Source: Candidatus Levyibacteriota bacterium (GTDB taxonomy: Bacteria > Patescibacteriota > Microgenomatia > Levybacterales > UBA12049). Taken from it: DNA of 64,000 nt. Positions 9,403-16,781 of this stretch are shown piece by piece. Location: positions 126,651 to 190,650 of the forward strand of contig JACPLF010000007.1 in assembly GCA_016186645.1 (NCBI GenBank), given 5' to 3'. The notes below the pieces were generated by a model. The model made no database searches, was not told the DNA's origin, and saw only the letters and a program-made list of their open reading frames with translations. How positions within the stretch are numbered: position 1 is the first letter of the stretch; every line of letters begins with the position of its first letter. The position numbers and the translations under genes were made by a program.

Positions 9403-11147
9403 AATATCTACCATTATTTTTAATTTTAATTCTTGCTTTTATCTTGAGGGTATACGGACTAAATTGGGATCAAGGATTTCATTTGCACCCTGATGAACGG
9501 GCAATTGTAATTGCCTCTATACCCTTACAACTTCCTACCAATATTTCGGAACTTTTATCTGTCCAAAGCCCTTTAAATCCTCACTTTTTTGCATATGGGA
9601 GTTTACCAATGTATCTTCTTAAAGGGGTTGCTGTTCTCTTAACACCTTTTTATCCTCTTGCCTCATCATATGATCATATTAATTTAGTCGGACGTTTCCT
9701 CTCTGTTATTTTCGACATGGGAACTATTCTTATTATTTTTCTTCTGGGACAAAAACTTTTTTCAAGAAAAGTTGGACTAATAGCTGTATTTTTTTATACT
9801 ATAAGTGTTTTCCCTATCCAAGCTGCGCATTTTTATGCTGTTGATACCCCTCTTACTTTCTTTATTTTAGCAACTCTTTATATGCTTATTAGTTTCTATG
9901 AAAATCCTACAAAGAAAAAAGCTCTTTTTGTGGGGATATTATTTGGAATGTCTCTTGCAACGAAAACAAGTGCTTTAGTTCTGATAATGTCAATTGGAGC
10001 AGCATTAATTTCAGATTTTGTTTTGATATTTCTAAGAATTCCCCACCGACCTCATATTTGGTTTCCTCACATCCCTAAACTCATAAAAAAACTTTTAATA
10101 GAAGGTTTAATTATTTTAATATCAACAGTTATTTCTTTTATTATTTTTGAACCTTATGCTCTTTTGGATTTTAAGGAATTCTCAAGACAAACTCTGGAGC
10201 AATCGCAAATGACACATAATCCTTTCGCTTTCCCTTTTACCCTTCAGTACGTTGGAAAAATTCCATATTTCTATGAATTAAAAAATATTTTCTTTTGGGG
10301 TCAAGGACCGATTATTGCGACAATTTCTTTTTTGGGAACACTGTATATTAGTTTTCACCTAATAAAGAGACACCTCGGATGGTGGCGAAGCAACGACTTC
10401 GACTCCTCCGAGGTGGACAAGAGATGGGCACAAGAACTTATTCTTTTAATTTTTTTCTTAAGTTATTTTATTGTGGTTGGAAAATTTGCAGTCGGCTGGA
10501 TGCGCTACATGCTCCCTCTCTATCCTCTCCTTTCTCTTTTCGCAGCAGTTCTTGCTTATAAACTTCTAATTTTAATTAAGCGCAAATTTGGTTATTGGTA
10601 TTTATTTGTAGTATTGGTATTTATTTGTAGTATTTTATACTGGCCTTTATCTTTCGTGAATATTTATACAAAACCAAACACTCGCGTTTTGGCATCTGAG
10701 TGGATTAATCAAAATATTCCAGTAGGACCAACTCTTGCAATAGAACACTGGGATGATTCCCTTCCCTTGTTTGGCCAAGAAAAATATAAAATGCTTACAC
10801 TTCCGCTTTATGATCCCGATACTTCTGAAAAATGGAAAACAATAAATCAGGAATTATCAAAAACCGATTACATTATTATTGCTTCCAATCGACTTTATAC
10901 GCCACTTATGCGTTTGACAGATTGCAAAAAATTACCGGTGGGAAGATGCTATACGCAAACTTCTGAATATTATAAAAAACTATTTAGCGGATCTCTGGGT
11001 TTTAAGAAAGTAGCTGAATTCACATCGTATCCTAAATTTAGCTTCCCACTTGTCAAGTGGGAGCACGAAATAAATGATTCCTCAGCAGATGAATCTTTTA
11101 CGGTATACGATCATCCAAAAGTCCTAATTTTTCAGAAAATTCCTTGA
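9399..11147 (+). CDS. GT-C fold membrane glycosyltransferase (GT39/PMT_2-like), tandem paralog
   Basis: 582 aa; VYGLNWDQGFHLHPDERAIVIAS loop motif; ATGA start/stop overlap with the upstream paralog. Confidence 0.55.
   Translation: MKYLPLFLILILAFILRVYGLNWDQGFHLHPDERAIVIASIPLQLPTNISELLSVQSPLNPHFFAYGSLPMYLLKGVAVLLTPFYPLASSYDHINLVGRFLSVIFDMGTILIIFLLGQKLFSRKVGLIAVFFYTISVFPIQAAHFYAVDTPLTFFILATLYMLISFYENPTKKKALFVGILFGMSLATKTSALVLIMSIGAALISDFVLIFLRIPHRPHIWFPHIPKLIKKLLIEGLIILISTVISFIIFEPYALLDFKEFSRQTLEQSQMTHNPFAFPFTLQYVGKIPYFYELKNIFFWGQGPIIATISFLGTLYISFHLIKRHLGWWRSNDFDSSEVDKRWAQELILLIFFLSYFIVVGKFAVGWMRYMLPLYPLLSLFAAVLAYKLLILIKRKFGYWYLFVVLVFICSILYWPLSFVNIYTKPNTRVLASEWINQNIPVGPTLAIEHWDDSLPLFGQEKYKMLTLPLYDPDTSEKWKTINQELSKTDYIIIASNRLYTPLMRLTDCKKLPVGRCYTQTSEYYKKLFSGSLGFKKVAEFTSYPKFSFPLVKWEHEINDSSADESFTVYDHPKVLIFQKIP
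10374..10413. repeat. hairpin element (cctcgga ... tccgagg) in-frame within the GT-C gene
   Basis: 7-bp inverted repeat flanking cgacttcgactcc, a core shared with the uvrD/guaA element family; encodes ...LGWWRSNDFDSSEVDK.... Confidence 0.5.
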
Positions 11148-11178
11148 TCCACACCCTTGCCGGTGTTAGAATAGCCTA

Positions 11179-12222
11179 ATGACAAAAAAGGAAGTTTTAA
11201 TTACGGGAGGTTGTGGCTTCTTAGGAGTACATCTTGCAAGAAAGCTCCTTAGAGAAAATTATGAAGTAACTCTTTTTGATATTGTGAGTCCTGATGCAAA
11301 AGATCTGATTGAGAAAGTTAAATATATACAAGGGGATGTGCGAAACAAAAAAGCTATTGAGAATGCATTAAAAAACCAGGATTACGTTGTCCACGCAGCT
11401 GCAGCTTTACCAATTTTAAGAGAGAAAAAAATAATTTTCGACATAAATATAAACGGCACTGAAAATGTTTTGAGTTCTGCTTTGCAGAATAAAATAAAAA
11501 GATTAGTTTTCATTTCATCAACCGCAGTTTATGGAATTCCTAGACATCTTCCAGAAACAGAAACAAATCCTCTTGATCCAATTGGATATTATGGAGAATC
11601 AAAAGTTGCGGGAGAAAAATTGTGTTTGGAATATTTCAAAAAAGGACTATCTGTGAATATACTTCGCCCAAAATCATTTTTAGGCCCTGAGAGATTAGGT
11701 ATTTTTGAATTATGGTTTGAAGCGATATATAGAGATAAAAGCGTGTTCATTCTGGGTAACGGCAATAACAAATATCAACTCTTGGCAGTATCTGATGTGG
11801 TTGATGCAATAATAAGGGCAATGGAAAGTGAAATTGATGGAGAAATTTTCAACATTGGAGCAAAAGAGTTCCAGACTTGGAATAAAGATCTGGGATCTGT
11901 AATGAGATATGCAAAGTCCAAATCCAAAATAGTAAAACTCCCTACTCTACCTTCCCAGGTTATTTTAAGTATCTTAGAAAAATTGAATCTTTCCCCAATT
12001 GCTGCCTGGCATTATAAAACTATGCCTGTCGACTCATATATATCTATAAAAAAAGCAGAAAAATTATTAAATTGGGAGCCTGAAAAATCCAATGAGGAAT
12101 TATTAATTGAAAGTTATGACTGGTATAAAAAACACAGAAGTGAAATAATAAATAAAGTCGGGATTACCCACAGAGTCGGCTGGAATTTCAAGCTTATAAA
12201 TCTTATTAAGAATATATTTTAA
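11179..12222 (+). CDS. NAD-dependent sugar epimerase/dehydratase (SDR family)
   Basis: VLITGGCGFLGVHLARKLL Rossmann motif; YxxxK (YGESK) catalytic motif; 347 aa. Confidence 0.8.
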   Translation: MTKKEVLITGGCGFLGVHLARKLLRENYEVTLFDIVSPDAKDLIEKVKYIQGDVRNKKAIENALKNQDYVVHAAAALPILREKKIIFDININGTENVLSSALQNKIKRLVFISSTAVYGIPRHLPETETNPLDPIGYYGESKVAGEKLCLEYFKKGLSVNILRPKSFLGPERLGIFELWFEAIYRDKSVFILGNGNNKYQLLAVSDVVDAIIRAMESEIDGEIFNIGAKEFQTWNKDLGSVMRYAKSKSKIVKLPTLPSQVILSILEKLNLSPIAAWHYKTMPVDSYISIKKAEKLLNWEPEKSNEELLIESYDWYKKHRSEIINKVGITHRVGWNFKLINLIKNIF

Positions 12223-12224
12223 AG

Positions 12225-12791
12225 ATGAATATTGGATTTGATTTAGATAAAATATTTATTAATTATCCTCCTTTTGTTCCATCAAAAATTATTGATTTAT
12301 TATATAAAGGAAAACCGCGTGCGGAATTGGAATATCGTATACCGTCAAGATTGGAGCAGATTATTAGAATATTCAGCCACCACCCTATATTTAGATCTCC
12401 TATAGCTGAAAACATGAATTATGTTAAAGACTTAGCTTTACAGAATGAAAATAAATATTATCTTATTTCCAGTAGATTCAGCTTTTTGGAGAAAAAAACA
12501 ACAGAACTTATAAAGCGTCTCAGCCTAGATAAAATATTTAATGCGATGTATTTCAACTACAATAATGAACAGCCTCATCTTTTTAAAAACGGAGTGCTAA
12601 AGAAGTTAAAACTTGATATGTACATTGACGATGATTTGCAACTTTTGGAATATCTAGGGAATAAAAATCCTAAAATCAAATTTTTCTGGTTGAATAAGAA
12701 GTTTAGCAGATCATTGAAAAAAAATTTATTTGCTATAAAAAACATTTCGGAAATGTTCACCCCGCACCAAAATGGTGCAGGGTTCAAATAA
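12225..12791 (+). CDS. hypothetical protein, possibly degenerate HAD-like (NT5C-type) hydrolase
   Basis: MNIGFDLDKIF resembles HAD motif I (DxD); YIDDDL resembles motif IV; weak. Confidence 0.3.
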   Translation: MNIGFDLDKIFINYPPFVPSKIIDLLYKGKPRAELEYRIPSRLEQIIRIFSHHPIFRSPIAENMNYVKDLALQNENKYYLISSRFSFLEKKTTELIKRLSLDKIFNAMYFNYNNEQPHLFKNGVLKKLKLDMYIDDDLQLLEYLGNKNPKIKFFWLNKKFSRSLKKNLFAIKNISEMFTPHQNGAGFK

Positions 12792-15069
12792 TATGCTCCT
12801 CTCGGATTTGCTTAATATTTTCCAATGGTGGGCAACATTTTTTTTTGCTGGCGTTATCTTTATTCCCATAACAACTTTGATCTTTCCCAACTTTTTCGAT
12901 AAGGGTTATATTTTTGCGAAAGTTATAGGAATAGCATTAATAAGTTATACAATTTTTGTTTTAGGGTTTTTAAAACTACTTCCTTTTGAAACGCAAAATC
13001 TCTACATAATTCTAGGATTGTTTATTCCTATCAATTTATTGATTGGGAGAAAAAGTAAACTCAATTTCAAGCAGATACTCCCAATAATTATTATAGAAGA
13101 ATTTTTATTCGCAGCAATTCTTTTGTTTTGGTCTTTTATCCATGCCCACCAACCGGACATTCATGGGCTGGAAAAATATATGGATTATGGATTTATAAAT
13201 TCTATTTTAAGAGCTAAGTATTTTCCTCCTTTAGATATGTGGCTTACACCCTACCCTATTAACTATTATTATTTTGGGCATTTAGTAACTGCTGTTTTGA
13301 CAAAGCTTTCATTTCTTTCGTCATCAATTACTTTCAATTTAACGCTTTCAACAATCGCTGCATTTACTTTTACAGGTGCATTTTCAATTGGCGCAAATCT
13401 CCTATATTTTTTAAACAAAAACGGTAAAAATTCGAAATTACCAATAATCGGAGGCATTCTTACTGGACTTATACTAGGTTTTGCAGGAAACCTGCATACA
13501 GTTTATTTATTTTTCAAGCCTTATGAAAATGAAAATCCTGTACCTTTTTGGCAGTTAATCTTTTCTCCTAATACATTTCCAAATAGCTATTGGTATCCAA
13601 ATGCAACGCGCTTCATCGAAAACACTATTCACGAATTTCCAATCTATTCCTCTGTTGTTTCCGATCTGCATGGCCACGTTCTAGACATACCTTTTGTACT
13701 GCTAACAATAGCTATTCTTTTATCAATATTTTTTAGATTTAATAATCAATCCTCAATTCAAAATTTAAAATTCAAAATTCAAAGTGACAATTCAAAATTC
13801 AAAATCTTAAACTTTGAGTTTCCGTTTTTAACTTTTAACTTTTCACTTTTAACTTTGCTAGCATTTTTGCTAGCAATTATGTATATGATCAATGCTTGGG
13901 ACGGAATAATATATTTCTTATTGACAGCAATCGTAATTGCCTATGTCAAGCTAAAGTCAATAATACAAATTTCTCCCCACCAAAGTATTAAGTATTATGT
14001 ATCAAGTATTAAACAATCAAAGTACCTAATACCTACTACTTTATACTTAATACTTATTTTTGTTGGGTTTTTCCTTTTTACTTTACCTTTTAATCTTAAT
14101 TTCAAGCCTTTTGCTTCGGGGATTGGCGTACTTTGTGCGCCAAAATTTCTAACAGACATAGGACAATTTGGACCTTTCCTTTTTGAGCCAGACCATTGCC
14201 AACATTCACCTTTATGGCAATTATTTATTCTATATGGCTTTTTCTATTTTTGGATTTTTGGATTTTTAGTTTTTAAAATTAGAAATTTTTCTCCACCCGA
14301 TATCTTTGTATTGATTCTAATCCTGTTATCCGCTCTTCTTATTATCATTCCTGAATTTATATATGTAAAAGATATTTATCCTGCACACTACAGAGCAAAC
14401 ACCATGTTCAAACTTGTATATCAGTCATTCATGATGCTTTCTATCTCCTCGGGCTATATAATGGTTAGGCTAGTATCAAGTATTAAGTATTACGTATTAA
14501 GTATCGAGAAAAAAATTCTTTATGTCTTATACTTTATACCTGCTACCTTATACTTAATACTGGTATTCTTTTATCCTTATTTTGCGATTAATTCCTACTT
14601 TGGAAATTTAAAAACTTACCATGGTCTTGATGGAACAAGTTATCTTAAGCCACTTTATCCAAATGACTATGAAGCCATTTTGTGGATTAATAAAAACATT
14701 AAAGGACAACCAATTATTCTTGAAGCGCAGGGAGATTCGTATACCGACTATGGTCGCGTATCAGCCAATACCGGACTACCAACTGTTTTAGGATGGACTG
14801 TTCATGAATGGCTTTGGCGCGGAACCTATGATATTCCTTCCCCTCGGATCGAAGAAGTTGCAAAAATGTACGAATCCGATAATTCGAAAGAGATAGAATC
14901 CTTGTTAAAAAAATATAAAGTTTCGCTTATATTTATTGGTGAGTTAGAAAGACAAAAATATCCAAATCTTAATGAGGAAAAATTTCAGCTTTTAGGAAAA
15001 ACTATTTATCAAAAAGGCGATACAAGGATATTCCAGTCGATCACTGAAGAGGACAATCGCCAATTTTAA
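12772..15069 (+). CDS. large polytopic membrane protein (possible GT-C/DUF2298-like), carrying in-frame repeat insertions
   Basis: 765 aa, many TM helices, C-terminal soluble domain; internal tandem repeats and two inverted-repeat insertions (see repeat features). Confidence 0.45.
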   Translation: MVQGSNNMLLSDLLNIFQWWATFFFAGVIFIPITTLIFPNFFDKGYIFAKVIGIALISYTIFVLGFLKLLPFETQNLYIILGLFIPINLLIGRKSKLNFKQILPIIIIEEFLFAAILLFWSFIHAHQPDIHGLEKYMDYGFINSILRAKYFPPLDMWLTPYPINYYYFGHLVTAVLTKLSFLSSSITFNLTLSTIAAFTFTGAFSIGANLLYFLNKNGKNSKLPIIGGILTGLILGFAGNLHTVYLFFKPYENENPVPFWQLIFSPNTFPNSYWYPNATRFIENTIHEFPIYSSVVSDLHGHVLDIPFVLLTIAILLSIFFRFNNQSSIQNLKFKIQSDNSKFKILNFEFPFLTFNFSLLTLLAFLLAIMYMINAWDGIIYFLLTAIVIAYVKLKSIIQISPHQSIKYYVSSIKQSKYLIPTTLYLILIFVGFFLFTLPFNLNFKPFASGIGVLCAPKFLTDIGQFGPFLFEPDHCQHSPLWQLFILYGFFYFWIFGFLVFKIRNFSPPDIFVLILILLSALLIIIPEFIYVKDIYPAHYRANTMFKLVYQSFMMLSISSGYIMVRLVSSIKYYVLSIEKKILYVLYFIPATLYLILVFFYPYFAINSYFGNLKTYHGLDGTSYLKPLYPNDYEAILWINKNIKGQPIILEAQGDSYTDYGRVSANTGLPTVLGWTVHEWLWRGTYDIPSPRIEEVAKMYESDNSKEIESLLKKYKVSLIFIGELERQKYPNLNEEKFQLLGKTIYQKGDTRIFQSITEEDNRQF
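13755..13855. repeat. tandem simple repeats (aattcaaa)n then (ttttaac)n in-frame within CDS
   Basis: aattcaaaatttaaaattcaaaattcaaagtgacaattcaaaattcaaaatc ... ttttaacttttaacttttcacttttaacttt; encodes QNLKFKIQSDNSKFKILNFEFPFLTFNFSLLTL. Confidence 0.7.
13984..14055. repeat. inverted-repeat element (agtattaagtat ... atacttaatact) inserted in-frame, copy 1
   Basis: Termini agtattaagtatt and atacttaatact are reverse complements; a diverged second copy lies at 14472-14562 in the same gene. Confidence 0.55.
14472..14562. repeat. inverted-repeat element (agtatcaagtattaagtatt ... tacttaatact), copy 2
   Basis: Same terminal inverted repeats as copy 1; encodes VSSIKYYVLSIEKK...ATLYLIL paralleling ISPHQSIKYYVSSIKQ...TTLYLIL. 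Confidence 0.55.
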
Positions 15070-16183
15070 TCTCGCACTCGACATGCCTCTGAACTTCTGA
15101 AAAATCCTCTCTTCCTCTTCGGGGGATTAAAACCCATTGATTATTATAGACGGGAGATTCAGGTGGATTAATAAAAATACCTTGTTTTTCCGAATAGGGA
15201 TCTGAGTAGAAAAAAACTACACTATTGACTTGAACATCTTTAACTTTCATGGCAAGTTTTGCAAAATCATCATATTCCTGAGCTTGTATGTTGGTATGAA
15301 TACTATCCTGAAAAACATTATATAAGTTCATAAGTTTTCCAGGGTTAAGTAAGGTATTCAAAGAAAATACTTTATCTTTAAATGCTTCTATTACTATTTC
15401 TTGGCGTCTGGATCTTGCAAAATCTGTGCCTTCTGTTCCTTTCGCATGGCGTGACCGAACAAACTTAAGCGCTTTTTCTCCGTCCATGTGCTGGACCCCA
15501 TCTTTAAAAACTAAGTGTTCATAGCGGCATGGAAATACCTCGAAGATAGCTGATGATGTTGCTCTTTTTTCGAATTCTTCTCCTGTAAATCCACATGGAT
15601 CTGTTTCTTTCCCGGCAATTGGATATTCCAAATCTTCAAATCCTTTCTGAACGCTTACATCTATCCCTCCAACCATATCTATTGCCTTTATAAATCCATT
15701 GAAATCGATACGCAGAACATAGTCGACAGGTTGATTGAAAATTTTCTCAACCACTGCTTTTGTCAAAAGGAGTCCTCCATCTTTTTTTCTCGCCTCTCCA
15801 GAAGAGTAAGCGGTATTGATTTTTGATTTCAGATCTGTGATCCATAAATCTCGGGGGATAGAAATAAGCGTTACTTTTTGGAATTCTGGGTCAATGCTTA
15901 CATAAATCAGAGTATCTGTGAGAAGCGGACCATCGTGTTTTCCTCCTCCAATGCCTAGAAATAATACATTCACCCTATCTTCTGTCTTTTTTAGATCAAT
16001 CTCCTTATGGAAAAAATATTGGAAAATAACAGGAGACCATTTAGCTCCCTCGACAAGAAGCCGTCCAAAAAGTCCAACAAAAAGAAATACCAATGCTATT
16101 ATTATCGCCTTCTTATGCGTTTTTAATGATTGCGTAAAATTCTTGAGCATCAAGACTTGCCCCCCCAACCAAGACTCCGTCAA
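15041..16183 (-). CDS. LytR-CpsA-Psr (LCP) family cell-envelope phosphotransferase
   Basis: N-terminal TM anchor then LCP domain (VNVLFLGIGGGKHDGPLLTDTLIYVSIDPEFQKVTLISIPRDL); true start probably an internal Met, since the first 70 nt overlap tpiA. Confidence 0.7.
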   Translation of the reverse strand: MTESWLGGQVLMLKNFTQSLKTHKKAIIIALVFLFVGLFGRLLVEGAKWSPVIFQYFFHKEIDLKKTEDRVNVLFLGIGGGKHDGPLLTDTLIYVSIDPEFQKVTLISIPRDLWITDLKSKINTAYSSGEARKKDGGLLLTKAVVEKIFNQPVDYVLRIDFNGFIKAIDMVGGIDVSVQKGFEDLEYPIAGKETDPCGFTGEEFEKRATSSAIFEVFPCRYEHLVFKDGVQHMDGEKALKFVRSRHAKGTEGTDFARSRRQEIVIEAFKDKVFSLNTLLNPGKLMNLYNVFQDSIHTNIQAQEYDDFAKLAMKVKDVQVNSVVFFYSDPYSEKQGIFINPPESPVYNNQWVLIPRRGREDFSEVQRHVECEIKIGDCPLQ

Positions 16184-16781
16184 TATTCGACATTTGAGTA
16201 AACTTTTTTACATTCTCCGATGTTACACTTCCTCCATAAAGAACATATTGGACTTTGTAATTTTTTTTGAAAAATGCAGCAACTTCTTGTGCACTTTCCG
16301 CAGTATCAGGGCGTCCTGTTCCTATTGCATTAATAGGTTCATATGCGACTATAGCGATATCCGAAGGAATCTTTGTCTCGATTCCCTGGACACAAAAAAT
16401 TGGGGCCAAACCATGCTGCTTTGATAACTCCGCTTTTTTAAACAATATTTCATCATTTTCATTAAAATTCGTTCTTCTTTCAGAATGACCAATGAGGACG
16501 TAGTCTGCAAATTCTTTAATCTGCCTTGCAGATACCTCTCCAGTATAGGCACCTTCATCAAAAGGGGAAACATTTTGCGCCCCAATCTTAAATCCTAATT
16601 CATAATTCTTGATTACCGATTCAATTTCAGAAAGAAGAGTAAAAGACGGACATATAATTATCTCCTTATTCATAATTCGTAAATCATAATTCTTAAATCT
16701 CTGAAACCAAAAATCAGCTTCAGAACTCGTGAAATTCGACTTCCAATTAGCCACAATAAAGGTCTTTTTCATATGGTACAA
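16113..16781 (-). CDS. tpiA: triosephosphate isomerase
   Basis: IVANWKSN..., AYEPINAIGTG, LYGGSV motifs; 222 aa. Confidence 0.8.
   Translation of the reverse strand: MYHMKKTFIVANWKSNFTSSEADFWFQRFKNYDLRIMNKEIIICPSFTLLSEIESVIKNYELGFKIGAQNVSPFDEGAYTGEVSARQIKEFADYVLIGHSERRTNFNENDEILFKKAELSKQHGLAPIFCVQGIETKIPSDIAIVAYEPINAIGTGRPDTAESAQEVAAFFKKNYKVQYVLYGGSVTSENVKKFTQMSNIDGVLVGGASLDAQEFYAIIKNA

Noticed and set aside
10379-10561. 60-aa + strand ORF inside the GT-C gene
   Set aside because: It is generated by the GC-rich hairpin element, has no independent signals, and overlaps a strongly supported longer ORF in another frame.
13755-13855. Possible CRISPR-like array from the regularly spaced aattcaaa / ttttaac repeats
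   Set aside because: Period is only 7-8 nt with no spacers. It lies inside an intact CDS and there are no cas genes, so it is a simple tandem repeat.
16113-16183. 70-nt same-strand overlap between tpiA 3' end and the LCP gene 5' end, possibly indicating a frameshift or pseudogene
   Set aside because: Both ORFs are full-length with intact motifs. The LCP gene most likely starts at an internal Met (MLKNF...), reducing the overlap to a normal short one.
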